Below, piece after piece: positions 41,232 through 55,106 of a stretch of 64,000 nt of DNA (position 1 is its first letter; each line of letters begins with the position of its first letter). The DNA comes from Octopus sinensis (Eukaryota). A program made the translations under genes and the position numbers. The stretch is from contig NC_042997.1 of assembly GCF_006345805.1 (NCBI RefSeq), positions 23,746,001 to 23,810,000 on the forward strand, written 5' to 3'. The notes under the pieces were generated by a model. It had not been told where the DNA came from and ran no database searches. It worked only from the letters and a program-made list of their open reading frames with translations.

Positions 41232-41457
41232 TGACTGACTGGCAGGATGAAGCGGCTGACCTCCCCTGTTCGAAGGTTTATAATGGACGCAGGTTGTGTG
41301 TCAAATAGCTAGCTTGAGGCGGTGGCCTCTTGGAGCTAATCAGCGACAGCTTTAGTCTTATATTTATAAGACTGCCATATAAGTATGGCGATAACTATTA
41401 ATTTCCAGTAACGCTGCCGTAATCTCCTTTAGAGAGACTTAGTAATTTTAATATTTC

Positions 41458-41537
<80 letters not shown>

Positions 41538-41856
41538 CTACATATATAGGTGCATGAATACACAGATACACTACAAATATATCGGTATGGTCTTGCTTCG
41601 CCTTCAGCCCTCAACTCCTCAACGGCATCCTAAGCGCGCCGTCCTTACATGCAGTGAGTGCAGGGCACTTTTAGAACAGTCGGACACCATCTCTTTCTAG
41701 GTTTGACTGACCGATTTCTCCATGAAAGAGGCGGGGGATAGTTGCAGAACAAGAGAAAGACAGGAATCGATCCCCCCAGTACAGGATTTGGTAGTACATA
41801 TGTATACTGACAATTATTTACACATTTCGCATCTTTTATGCATTATTTGTTTCAGT

Positions 41857-42510
41857 AAGGCGGCGAGTTGGCAGAAACGTTAGCACGCCGGGCGAAATGC
41901 TTGGCGGTATGTCGTCTGCTGTTACGTTCTGTGTTCAAATTCCACCGAGGTCAACTTACCCTTTCATCCTTTCGGGGTTGATAAATTAAATACCAGTTAT
42001 GCACTGGAGTCGATGTAATCGACTTAATCCGTTTGTCTGTCCTTGTCTGTCCCCTCTATATTTAGCCCCTTGTGGGCAATAAAGAAATAAAGAAACGTTA
42101 GCACGCCGGGCGATATGCTTAGCGTTATTTCGTCTGTCTTTACGTTCTAATTTCAAATACTGCCGAGGTCGACTTTGCCTTTCATCCTTTCGGGGTTGAT
42201 AAATTAAATACCAGTTATGCACTGGAGTCGATGTAATCGACTTAATCCCTTTGTCTGTCCTTGTCTGTCCCCTCTATGTCTAGCCCCTTGTGGGCAATAA
42301 AGAAATAAGAAACGTTAGCACGCCGGGCGAAATGCTTAGCGTTATTTCGTCTGTCTTTACGTTCTAATTTCAAATACTGCCGAGGTCGACTTTGCCTTTC
42401 ATTCTCTCGGGGTCGATAAATTAAGTACCAGTTGCGTACTAGGGTCGATCTAATTGACTGGCCTCCTCCCGCCAAATTTCGGGCCTTGTGCCTAGAGTAG
42501 AAAATATTAT
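41857..42510 (+). mobile_element. Tandem trimer of SINE S2 (217-218-bp period)
   Basis: AGAAACGTTAGCACGCC recurs at 41873, 42091 and 42308. Confidence 0.92.
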
Positions 42511-42520
42511 TTGTTCCAGT

Positions 42521-42818
42521 GTGAAGGCGCGTGGCTTAGTGGTTAGTTCAATCCCCGGTGACGCGTTGTTTCCTTGGGCAAGTCACTTTATTTCACGTTG
42601 CTCAAGTCCACTCAGCTGGCAAATAAGAGTAGAACCTGTATTTCAAAGGGCCGGCCTTGTCACGCTCTGTGTCATGTTGAATCTCCCTGAGAATTACGGT
42701 AAGGGTACACGTGTCTGTGGAGTGCTCAGCCACCACGAGCATGTTAATTTCATGAGTAGGGTGTTCCGTTGATCGGATCAACTGGACCCCCCCCCGTCGT
42801 CGTGACCGACGGAGTGCC
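42521..42818 (+). mobile_element. Chimeric SINE: S4 head with S3 tail
   Basis: Head GTGAAGGCGCGTGGCTTAGTGGTTAG matches 49457 (minus); tail acctgtatttcaaagggccggccttgtcac...gacggagtgc matches 5385-5560 (minus). Confidence 0.8.
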
Positions 42819-42821
42819 AGT

Positions 42822-43326
42822 TTCATTTGTTTCAGTGTTTCGGTTGCGACCATGCTGCAGCATCAACTCGAAGGGCTTTGTCTGCTTAAATAGATTGACC
42901 CCAGTCTTATTTTTAAGGTGTAGAACTTATTCTATCGCTCTCTTTTTCCGAATCACTATAGTACAGGGATGCAATCAAATCAATATCAGCTGTCAAGTGA
43001 AGGGATTCACACATGCACACACGTACACACACGCTTACACACACATACGTATACACGCGTACGCACACACACACATGCACTCACACATACACACGCACAA
43101 ACACACGTACACATATACACACGCACACGCACGTACACACACACGCAGTCATACACATATTCGACGAGCTTCCACACAGTTTCTATCTACAAAATTCACT
43201 CAAGAGGCATAGGTCGGCCCAGGGCTACATCAAAAGTGATTTGCCCAACGTTCCGCGCAGTGGGGTTGAACCCGAAACGAAGTGGTTGCAAAGCTAGATT
43301 TTTAATCACACAGCCATGTCTTCGCC
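42822..43326 (-). mobile_element. SINE S1, decayed, with central (CA)n-type microsatellite
   Basis: Tail at 42822-42995 and head at 43160-43326. Confidence 0.7.
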
Positions 43327-43416
43327 ATTTTACACACAAATACATAGCCATATATAGATTTATAAATCTAGCAGAAAACCACCCGGAAAGTGATATTTGT
43401 GTTAGTAATACTTCTT

Positions 43417-43615
43417 ATAACTCTAGGCACAAAGCCTGAATTTTTGGAGGAGGCGGGTAGTCGATTACATCGACCCAAGTGCTCAACTGGTACTTACTTT
43501 ATCGACCTCGGAAGGATGAAAGACAAAGTGGACCTTGACGGAATTTGAAATCTGAACGTAAAGCCGGAAGAGATACCGTGAAATATTTTGTCCGGCGTGC
43601 TAATGAATCTGTTAG
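43417..43615 (-). mobile_element. SINE S2
   Basis: Reverse complement of the S2 body and tail (ggccttgtgcctagag type). Confidence 0.8.
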
Positions 43616-43894
43616 CCCCCATGGCATATTGGGGAGGGAGGAGCTAGTCGATTATATCCACACATGAGTAACAAATGCGCCTTAATAGTCACACATACAG
43701 ATCTACACATACATGAATACACACACACACTTAAAATAGGCACAAACACACATCTTCAAAATATATACAGATATAAACAGTCATACATATACACATGCCT
43801 TCATATATACATACATCCACACATTTACATACATTTTACACATACATATACATATATTTCAATTGGTTTATAAACACTTTTATCTCTTCACGTT

Positions 43895-44350
<456 letters not shown>

Positions 44351-44889
44351 GGTGACGACGATTGATGCACGGTGTTTGTTGCTCTTCGTCCATTCGTTTC
44401 TCGATCTCTCTTCCACTATCCTTTCTTTCTAATCTCCAAACAAACAATAAGAATGCATAATAAGAAATGCGTGCACACTCGTACGTACACACACACACAC
44501 ACACAAACGCACGCATTCATGTACGCACGCGCACGCACACACGCATACAGACACACACACACATTAAAAATCTCTATTTCTCTGTTTTCATTTCATCGTC
44601 GTATCTCATTCCTTTTCACTCTCATCTCTTTTCTTCATTTCCTTCTGACATTAAGCCTGTTCCTCTTCGATAGAGAAAGAGTAGATTTGATGGAGTCGAA
44701 GCCACCGTATAACTGATACTCGACTTTTAGATCTCGGACAGATGAAGACAAAATACGGCTTGGTTTCAAAATTTTGACACAAGGTTAGCAAATTCAGGAG
44801 AAGGGTAAGACGATTACTTCGACCCGAGTATTCAAGTGGTACTTATTTTATCGATGGGAGAAGAGGAATGATGTAGGTAGAACTGTGTT

Positions 44890-45940
44890 ATAAGACCTCC
44901 ACAATAGTAATGATCAGGTACTTATCTAGTACAGTGGACTGGACACTACGACTTGTGTGCAAACACAGAAGCAGCAAAAAGTCACATTCGATTGTCAAGG
45001 AAGCTTACAAATTCGCAAGGGAACTTGGAATTAGCCCTAGAATAGTTGAAGAACCTGGAACCACTGCCACAAAACAAGCAAAATTGATCAAACAGACTGC
45101 AAAAAGAACGCGCAGAAATAAATTGAAGAGCGATGGAGCCAGTATATACTTCGAAGTCGAAATGCTGATGTAGTTCAAACAACAACCCGTCAGTGGTTGA
45201 AAAGTTCAGGATTGAAAGGTTTCATATTGGTGGCACAAGACCAAAGCTACGCGGTTAACGTTCTTCAGAACGGTTCTGGCCCTAAATGCAGATTCTGCGA
45301 CACATTTGAAGAAACAATAGACAATCTCGATAGGGTAGGCAGTATTTTCATTGGAAAATATGTAAACACTACAAAATCAGCACTCGTGCTTACTGGTACG
45401 AACATCATCCTGAGCTAGTCGTTCAAGGTAAAAACGTTACTATCCTATGGCATTTTGAAGTCAATATTGGCAGAACAATCCAGGCTAATCGACCAGACAT
45501 AATAATTAAAGACAAGGAAGAAAATACTTGTACACTAACAGATGTAAGTGTTCCCACTGATAATATATCTGTCAAGGAATTTGACAAACTAAGTAAATAT
45601 AAAGACTTGGAAATTGAAATACAAAAGATGTGACATCTTAAAACGAGAACTGCTGCTGTTATTGTAGGTGCCCTAGGTATGATAAGAAAAAAGGATGTCA
45701 GAAACATCTAGATAAAATCCCAGGAGAACCATGTCTCAGAGAAATCCAAAAGATGTGCTGACAAGTACTGCCCACATCCTTAGAAAAACCCTATCCATTT
45801 CAATGTCTGTGTTGTAAGAAGATATTTCGCTACTTCTCCTCTCCAAACTTTCAGTCATATTGTAACATCTCTTATTCTTCACTGGCCCCAGGACGCTGGG
45901 TGTGTCACGGCAAGTGACAGTAACAAAGATGCAGAAATGA
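44890..45940 (+). mobile_element. Decayed, internally deleted R4/Dong-type LINE 3' part
   Basis: QWLKSSGLKGFILVAQDQS; PKCRFCDTFEETIDNL; IQANRPDIIIKDKEENTC; KEFDKLSKYKDLEIEIQKM; IVGALG; TSTAHILRK. Confidence 0.85.
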
Positions 45941-45944
45941 TCCT

Positions 45945-46080
45945 TTCTACTATAGGCACAAGGCCTGACATTTTGGAGGAGAGAGTTAGTCGATTATATC
46001 TCCTCAGTGCTCAAATGGTACTTATTTCATCGACCCCAAAAGGATAGAAGGCAAAGTTGACCTCGTGGAATTTGAATATG
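45945..46080 (-). mobile_element. SINE S2 fragment
   Basis: tttctactataggcacaaggcc...aggcaaagttgacctcg. Confidence 0.75.
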
Positions 46081-46429
46081 TCACTGATTATAATGTCGGC
46101 AATTAGGGAAAGTTAAACCTTTTTTCGTTTGGAATGTCACCTAAAAACGAACTGATGTGCGGAGCGTTAAGGACGCTGCGAAAATAAAAGAAAAACTGTT
46201 GACGAATACTTCTTGAATACTTTTTGAATTGAAGTATATTATACAGTAAAGCATTTAATATCCAGGAATACAGGCAAGAGTATATTCAGATGTATGTGTG
46301 GCATATTTCTTTTCAACAAATGCAACTTGCTGGCGTAAGTGTTTCTCTGAAAAGTGGCGTATTTCTTATCCCAGTATTTTAAAGTCGATTTATGCAGCTT
46401 ATCGAGAGATCTTCCTTTGCTTTTCTTAT

Positions 46430-46657
46430 TTCCTTACTGTCAACAAGGGACTAAACACAGAGGGGACAAACAAGGACAGACAAACGGATTAAGTCGATTA
46501 CAGCGACTCCAGTGTGTAACTGGTACTTAATTTATCGACTCTGAAAGGATGAAAGGCAAAGTCGACCTCGGGGGAATTTGAACTCAGAACGTAACGGCAC
46601 ACGAAATACGGCTACGCATTTTGCTCGGCGTGCTAACGCTTCTGCCAGTTCCCTTGC
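46430..46657 (-). mobile_element. SINE S2 (alternative tail)
   Basis: aagggactaaacacagaggggacaaacaaggacagac...gtcgacctcgg...gctaacgcttctgccag. Confidence 0.85.
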
Positions 46658-47088
46658 TTTTCTGTAGAACTGGTATAACTCATGCTTTAATTCAAAAGTC
46701 CACTGGAATTTTTCTCGCTAGTTCCGAGATGTGTGATAGGTGGCTTTGGGTTTTTTTTGTCAACATGGTGTATGGATAGTAATTTTAGACGTGCTGCGCA
46801 TTTCACTGTTTGATTACCACTACGATCATTTAAAAAAGCAAAAGAGAAAAGTTCTTTCTTTGCATTTACTAAAAGAAGATAACCGTTTCTTTTACCAGAC
46901 TTGTATTAATGGCGAAAAGTATGGCGGATAGTATTCGTTATCCGGGAGAATGAATAGTCCTCTATGTCAACGTGTCTATATTCAACGCCATTCATGTATG
47001 CACGTACGTACGTATGAATGTATGCATGTATGTATGTATGTATGTATGTATGTATGTATGTATGTATGTATGTATGCATGTGTGTATG

Positions 47089-47122
<34 letters not shown>

Positions 47123-47395
47123 TGTATGTATGTATGTATGTACCTTTGCTTGCATGTTGTATGTACACATGCATACATGCATTGAGCGTTCTCATATTTC
47201 GCTTGTGCGTCCATCTCTCTCTCTCCGTATATATGTGCGTATATATGTATGTATATCTATGTGTGTATGTGTACGCATATGCGCGATTGTTCACATACAC
47301 AACCCCACAAACACATATAAACACAGACGTGAAGGTATAAAGGCGTAAAAATTACAATAGTTTTGTATTTTTGCCTCGACAACCACATACAAATG

Positions 47396-47440
<45 letters not shown>

Positions 47441-47555
47441 CATCGCCAAAAACCTGTTCATTTATATATATGTATGCAGCTTGTATGTATGTATACATAC
47501 ATACATAACGCCACACATATATGTATATATATATATATATATATATCTATAATAT

Positions 47556-47629
<74 letters not shown>

Positions 47630-47863
47630 TATATATATATATGTATATGTATATATGTATTACATACATATATATATATGTGTGTGTGTGTATGTATGTG
47701 TATTCCGCATCGACGTACACATATAAATGCACAAACACAATGCAAATATATTAATAACGTTTAACAGATTTGCTTATCTGTTTAATATGCATGCATACGT
47801 CCATAGTTTACACACACACACTTTCACACACACACACACACACACACACTTTCACACACACAC

Positions 47864-47897
<34 letters not shown>

Positions 47898-48482
47898 TAC
47901 ATGCATTGCCAACATTTAATATTTAATAGATCCAAAACGATATAGGAAATGCATACACACACCCACACGCACACGTGCATGCGCACACACGCACACAAAC
48001 GCATATATATCTACATACACACACTCGTATATATATATCTACATACATACTTATATACATACATACACGCATGCACACACGTACGTTTACATAGACATAT
48101 GCATATACACAGGCACACATTCACTGTTAAGCTATAGCCGGAAGATATCCAGTGTAGTAAATATCCATCCTATATAATATCTCTGTCAATAACGAGAGTG
48201 AATATATTGCTAGATATAGAATAATGTACCTACTTTGAGGCATTAAATTTACCTTTATTGACGCCTCTACGCAATATACAAGCGCACATCTGCTTATTTG
48301 TCTTCCCGATGTTTTGTGCTCTTTTCTCTGTGTATTTGCATGTGATATAATGTGAAGTGTGTGTGTGTGTGTGTGTGTGTGTGGTGTGTATGCATTTGTG
48401 TGTTTGTGCGTGAGTGTGTATTTCTTACACTTGCGGCAGTATGTATTTCGAGTGTAATTATGTACGTGTGAGACGGAATGTT

Positions 48483-48514
48483 AAGGCGGCGAGCTGGCAG
48501 AAACGTTAGCGCGC
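48483..48514 (+). mobile_element. SINE S2 head truncated by the assembly gap
   Basis: AAGGCGGCGAGCTGGCAGAAACGTTAGCGCGC followed by Ns. Confidence 0.85.
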
Positions 48515-48614
48515 NNNNNNNNNNNNNNNNNNNNNNNNNNNNNNNNNNNNNNNNNNNNNNNNNNNNNNNNNNNNNNNNNNNNNNNNNNNNNNNNNNNNNN
48601 NNNNNNNNNNNNNN
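48515..48614. other. Scaffold gap (100 N)
   Basis: Run of 100 N; true gap size unknown. Confidence 0.99.
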
Positions 48615-49216
48615 CGTATTAAATTTATAAACTGCTTTATGAAATATAACTGGATAATGTGATTAGATTTGGGACTCATCTGCAATAGTTCCATCTTATA
48701 GATGTAAAGGTACAATCATTCTGAAATGCGAAACAATCTGAAACTTCAAACACATCTATTTCCAATAATTTCGCATAAATAATTATCGGTTGTCCTAAGA
48801 ACATTTTATTTTACTTAATCTCGGGACAACTTCGTGAATAAATAAATATTTTTATGCAACTTACAATTAATGCAGAAAATAGAATAGGAGAGTGCGAAGT
48901 AGAAAGAATTACCACTGCATATAACACCACACAAAATAGATAAGATTTCATCCCGACTTTGTATATTGACCGGGAGGTTCAGATAACGAAAATGACACTC
49001 GATATCGCAGGTTTTGGGACAGTTGTAGTCAATTGTACTGAAGGATTATCTGCAAACTAAATTTCAAGAGAAGATTTCAGTCGAGTCTAAATGTATTTAG
49101 TCGGACTAACAAGGCTTAGTATTGTCTAGAGTTTCATCAGAGATCGCTTACTCATTTTTTCCTGGTTACAGAGTAAATAGTAGCTTATAGCTAGACATAG
49201 AAATTAATAAATAATA

Positions 49217-49457
49217 GATGCGCCCTTTTAACGCCTAGCCAGGCTCATGAACCCGATTTCCCGGTTTCCGTGGCGTATTTGTTCCCCAGCTGGACGGGAT
49301 GTCGGTCCATCGCAGCGATACTCATTTTTGCCAGCTGAGTAGACTGGAAATGAAGTGTTTTGCGCAAGAAAACAACGCGTCGCCCGGTCCATGAATCGAA
49401 ACCACAATCTTACGATCATGATGCAGACACCCTAACCACTAAGCCACGCGCCTTCAC
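49217..49457 (-). mobile_element. SINE family S4
   Basis: Minus strand GTGAAGGCGCGTGGCTTAGTGGTTAGGGTG...TTCGATTC...CTCAGCTGGCAAAAATGAG. Confidence 0.9.
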
Positions 49458-49501
49458 AGACATAGAAATTACAAACTCGTAAAGAACTGAATGAGCGTGC
49501 C

Positions 49502-49539
<38 letters not shown>

Positions 49540-50053
49540 AGATAGGTTGTTCAACTTTCGTATTTAAAACGTGAGAAGTGCGCTAAACATTATGTAGAAT
49601 GTATTCGTTTTATTGAGAAGCAAAAGCTTGTTTTACGTATCCGATTGGCTAACACGATTGTTGATGCGTAATATGTAAGCAAAAATATTCGTATATGGGG
49701 TAAAGCAAATAGAAATATAATTTACTAGCCAGTTGAAAAATCTTCAATAATTGAGAATTCTTCAAAAATACCTTACGAAAGTGAAGCTGTAAGGCACAGT
49801 TCTGAGTGCATGAATGTTTTCATGTTTGCATGAATACTGGCTATTTTGAAGGGTCTTGTATAAGCTCTGCCTAACTTTTTTAGATATCTTTACACTAGCT
49901 TTATAAGGTTATTGTTTGATAACGGTACATTACTGAGTGTGCAAATAGTGCTGTTGATATTAAATAGAGGAAATAGCCATGAGCATTCATACTCGTAAGG
50001 TTATGAATGAAATCAACGGATATTTGGGCACAAGTACTGCCGCCTTAATGATA

Positions 50054-50306
50054 ATAAATAAATGCGCCCCTTTTAAAGCCTAGCCAGACTCATGGGCCCG
50101 GTCTCCTGGTTTCAGTGGCGTATGTGTTCCCCAGCTGGACGAGACGCCAGTCCATCGCAGTGTTACTCATCTTTGCCAGCTGAGTGGACTGGAGCAACGT
50201 GAAATTAAGTGTGTTGCTCAAGAACACAACGCGTCGCCCGGTCCAGGAATCGAAACCACAATCTTACGATCACGATGGTGACACCTTAACCACTAAGCCA
50301 CGCGCC
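50054..50306 (-). mobile_element. SINE family S4
   Basis: Colinear with 49217-49457. Confidence 0.9.
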
Positions 50307-50669
50307 ACCACCGCCTTAACGATACTTTTCATTAAACATCTTCTTATAGATTTGGTCTGTGAGGAAATGCTTATTTATAATTCAGTAAAACAGAGGGAAG
50401 ACTGTAGAGTATAGTGTGTCTTTTCTTATTTTTGTATTTATGCATGTGGGTGTATATTGATATATGTAATGTACTCTATCTTACAAGCTGTTGTCTTTCC
50501 CGGTATTCTTCTCATATGAGTAGTATGGATACTAGATTTCCTGTCAGTGGATAGAGCAGAATATGGGCTCATTCATGTTACTAAATACGGTGTTAAGGAT
50601 TGTTTGGGGTATGATAGTAATCCATGCATATCATAAATGATCTTCTTAGGCTTTCTATCAGGGTAATAT

Positions 50670-50990
50670 CTACTCTACTACACTACTACTACTAATAATA
50701 ATATAATAATAATAATAATATATAATAATAATAATAACAATAATAATAATAATAATAATAATAACAATAATAATAATAACAATAATAATAATAATAACAT
50801 AAAATAATAATAATAATAATAATAATAACAATAATAATAATAATAATAATAATAACAATAATAATAATAATTATAATAATAACATAATAATAATAATAAT
50901 AATAAATAAGATAATAATAATACAATAATAATAATAATAATAAGATAATAATAATAACAATAATATAAGATAATAATAATAATAATAATA

Positions 50991-51045
<55 letters not shown>

Positions 51046-51065
51046 ATAATAATAACAACAATAGC
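50670..51065. repeat. (AAT)n tract with a short strand-flipped (TAT)n core
   Basis: Direct reading. Confidence 0.95.
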
Positions 51066-51240
51066 AATAACATCGAAAAATAGCTTAGGAATGAGAACCA
51101 GGCTCGAAATTTCCCACAAGACACCTGATGAAGGCTGGAGGGTATATCAGCCGAAACGTTGTGTTAACAAGAAACAAGATGAGGACAAATAACCGTCGAA
51201 TGTAAATAATGTAAATAATTCCTCATCGCTTAAATATACA
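51066..51240 (+). mobile_element. Short Penelope-like terminal repeat carrying an HHR (copy 1)
   Basis: Homologous to 56805-56955; contains a complete minimal HHR; follows (AAT)n. PLE assignment is inferred from the HHR type. Confidence 0.7.
51120..51165 (+). ncRNA. Minimal type I hammerhead ribozyme
   Basis: GACAC-CTGATGA-A-GGCTG gagggtatat CAGCC-GAAAC-GTT-GTGTT: intact core, 5-bp helices I and II, palindromic AACGTT in place of helix III. Confidence 0.75.
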
Positions 51241-51639
51241 ACTGGCTCACAATCCATATTTGAAAATAATATTCTACCAAGCGAAACTAGCCAATTCTAT
51301 ATCTTAAATATACATAAATACGTTTATGTTTGTGTGTATGCGTGTATGTGTGTTTGCGTGTAAATTCGTGTACGATGAGGAGAAAAAAAGAATTTACTAT
51401 TCCAAGTAAAAGCACATTGAGAAGACAAATATATATGATGTGCGGAGAACCGTTTCTTGCAGCATACCAAATATATTCTTATAGCTATATGCATCCAACA
51501 CTCCTCCTAGAACATGAAAGCGCTCTTTAGACTGAACTTTCTCACGCTATATTATCTTCGAAACATTCACCCACTCTATTACCAAATCACCAGATCTATC
51601 TATCTATCTATCTATAATCTATCATCTTCTATCTATCTA

Positions 51640-51689
<50 letters not shown>

Positions 51690-52257
51690 GATAATTGTAT
51701 TATATCTCACTTTGTCTTCTAGTTCATTGCCTTATTTTACTCGCATTTGGATTACAATCCCACGATGTCAATTTAATTATTTATATCTATATATTTATTA
51801 ACTTATTTTGGTACCATTCCTATAAACCATTGACAAACAATTTTTTGAAAGTTTGCCAGAGTCATACTCATATATATTTATTTAGATATCTACATATTCC
51901 TCTGACATTATCAATCTGCTAGTTCCACTCGCCCACATATCCCCAAAAGACATATACATATACACTAACACACACATGCACGCGCGTACAACACACCCGC
52001 ACGCATGCACGCGCTCACACACACACATACCCAACAGATATTATATAGATATATATTATAGTCACACACACATATATCTTTAAACATATATACATATTGT
52101 ATATAAATATATATCATATACGTATTATTGTGTGTATAATATTATATACATACATACATACACACATACAGATATTATATATATAATACAAATATATAGG
52201 TATATATATATATACATATATAATGTATAATATATATAATACATATATATATGTATA

Positions 52258-52302
<45 letters not shown>

Positions 52303-52553
52303 TGGACATATATATATTTTTTTCAAACATAGCTGTATGTTTATATGTGTAAGTGCTTGTGCATGAATGTGTGTCTAATGTGTGAATATATATGTTCGTT
52401 AGTGTATTTATGTACACACACGCTATATAAAGTATATATATATATATATACATATTATATATATATATACATATATATATATAGATATATAATAATATAT
52501 ATATATTATATATACATATAATACATATATAATATATATATATATATACATAC

Positions 52554-52604
<51 letters not shown>

Positions 52605-53856
52605 TATATATATATTATATATATGTCTAGATATATATATATATTATATAATATATATATATATGCCTATGTGCGCGCTCGTGTCTTACACAATATTACA
52701 TCATGGTAAGTATATGGCTATGTCTCTCACAACGTTATCTCTCTTTATATATATACACACACACACACACATATATATATATTATATATATATATATATT
52801 ATATATATGTATGTATGTAGTATATATATAAATAGAGAGAGAGAGAGAGAGGAGTGAGCAAGTATATATAAGTATGTATGAATTCATGACTTTATGTATA
52901 AAATAAACAATGATTTTTTTTATTCTGCTGCATCATTTATTTCATATTGTATTATGCTATTGTTATTTTATAATATTATATTTTGCTATTTTAATATTTT
53001 AGACAGTAGGCCTCTTTTTTTTACGTCTTTTTTCTTGTTTGGATTTCTTTTAACGACTTCTATTCTCTCACTTAAGCTATCTTAATTGAATTCGTTTTGC
53101 TATCATCTTATGGTTAAGTCATAAAAACGTGTGGCACCTTTTATTATTTCTGTAAATCACGCAAAAACTAGGCATAAATGCAATAAATTTAGGTAAAGAT
53201 CAATACTCCACATCATAAATATAACCCACTCTTATAAGTAACAAAAAACAAATGTCTGGCAGGCTATGCAAGATTAGGGAAAAAAATTATTTCGTAGCAA
53301 ATTAAGTGAGTTAATAAAGTGCTAAAAAATATAACTGAAAGGTTATTAAATATATACGCACGAACACGCACACGCACTCAAACACATGCATACCCATATA
53401 TATATATATGTATGTGTGTGTCTATACATTCATGTGTGTATGTATATATTTATATATATACTTATATACAATTATACATATATGTCTTTATACATGTATG
53501 TGTGTGTCCATATTTATATATATATATATATATATAAGCATCTATGCACCAGCATTCTCATAGAAACACGTTTATATTCACATTATTCCTTTTTATTCTT
53601 TAAATTCCTTCAATAAAGAAGGAACCGTCTCCATCTTACAAACAAAGCGCCATAGTTTTGTATTCCAGCATCAATAACGGGAAAAGTTGTGTGTGACTTT
53701 AAATTCTTGCAGTCCTTTTATTTGTAGCTTCCACGTATATTGACATACATACATACATTACATACATACACCACACACCACACACACACCACAACACACC
53801 ACACACACACACATATATATAATATAATATATATATAATTTATTATATAGAAGGAG

Positions 53857-53903
53857 CTTCTACAGGACTAGAACTGTTTCATTCAAGAGAAATCTTCAGG
53901 AAG
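53857..53903 (-). ncRNA. Type I hammerhead ribozyme (left arm of palindrome)
   Basis: Minus strand CTTC-CTGAAGA-TTTC tctt GAAT-GAAA-CAG ttctagtc CTG-TA-GAAG. Confidence 0.7.
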
Positions 53904-53905
53904 CT

Positions 53906-53951
53906 CTTCCTGAAGATTTCTCTGAATGAAACAGTTCTAGTCCTGTAGAAG
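53906..53951 (+). ncRNA. Type I hammerhead ribozyme (right arm of palindrome)
   Basis: CTTC-CTGAAGA-TTTC tct GAAT-GAAA-CAG ttctagtc CTG-TA-GAAG: helix I CUUC/GAAG, helix III ACAG/CUGU, GUA triplet; weak helix II with a U.U closing pair. Confidence 0.7.
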
Positions 53952-54113
53952 CTCTTCTATATAATAAATTAATTTTACTCTGCTATGTATTGAGTACCTT
54001 ATTTACTGTGGTTAACCCCGAAAAACCCGGGACCTACATATATATATATAATATATATATATATATAATATATATATAGATATATACATATACATACATA
54101 CACACACACACAA

Positions 54114-54169
<56 letters not shown>

Positions 54170-54180
54170 TATATATATAT

Positions 54181-54227
<47 letters not shown>

Positions 54228-54681
54228 TATCTATATATATATATATATATATATTATATTATATATATCTATATATATATACATACACACACGCATGCAA
54301 TACATACATACATACATACATACGTACTTTCATATATTCTTAAATACAAACGTGAAACACAGATTGTATACGCAAGATGGAAAAATAATATAAATTTTAT
54401 ACAGAAATATCTATGTATGAAACAAGTTGGTTCCAAGTAAATTCGCAGTGAGAATTCTTTGATATGACTGTAGCTACATAAGAAAATAAAATCTATTGAA
54501 ATATAGTGTTCCACCGTAAGATACAATACACAATTGTTGCGTTTCACTACAGACTAGTGTATTTTAAAATTTTCAATGTTTGCAACCGTTTGAATTCCAT
54601 ATTAACTCTTGTAGTCGGTGATGGAGGCACTGCTTCATACAAGAAGTGTTTGAACAGAATCATACAGATGACAGTCTCTCT

Positions 54682-54911
54682 CTTTACTTTTTTACTTGTT
54701 TCAGTCATTTGACTGTGGCCATGCTGGTGCACCGCCTTTAGTCGAGCAAATCGACCCCAGGACTTATTCCTGGTAAGCCTTGTACTTATTCTATCGGTCT
54801 CTTTTGCCGAACCGCTAAGTTACGGGGACATAAACACACCACCATCGGTTGTCAAGCGATGTTGGGGGGACAAACACAGACACACAAACATACATATTAT
54901 TATATATAACA

Positions 54912-54965
<54 letters not shown>

Positions 54966-55058
54966 TATATATATACATATATATATGTATATATATACAG
55001 ACACACAAACATACATACATATATATGTATATATATACAGACACACAAACATACACAC

Positions 55059-55106
<48 letters not shown>

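Noticed and set aside
41857-42510. Regularly spaced repeats suggestive of a CRISPR array
   Set aside because: Units are ~217-bp SINE copies without unique spacers, in eukaryotic DNA with no cas genes.
48506-48715. ORF containing X residues
   Set aside because: Spans the 100-N assembly gap.
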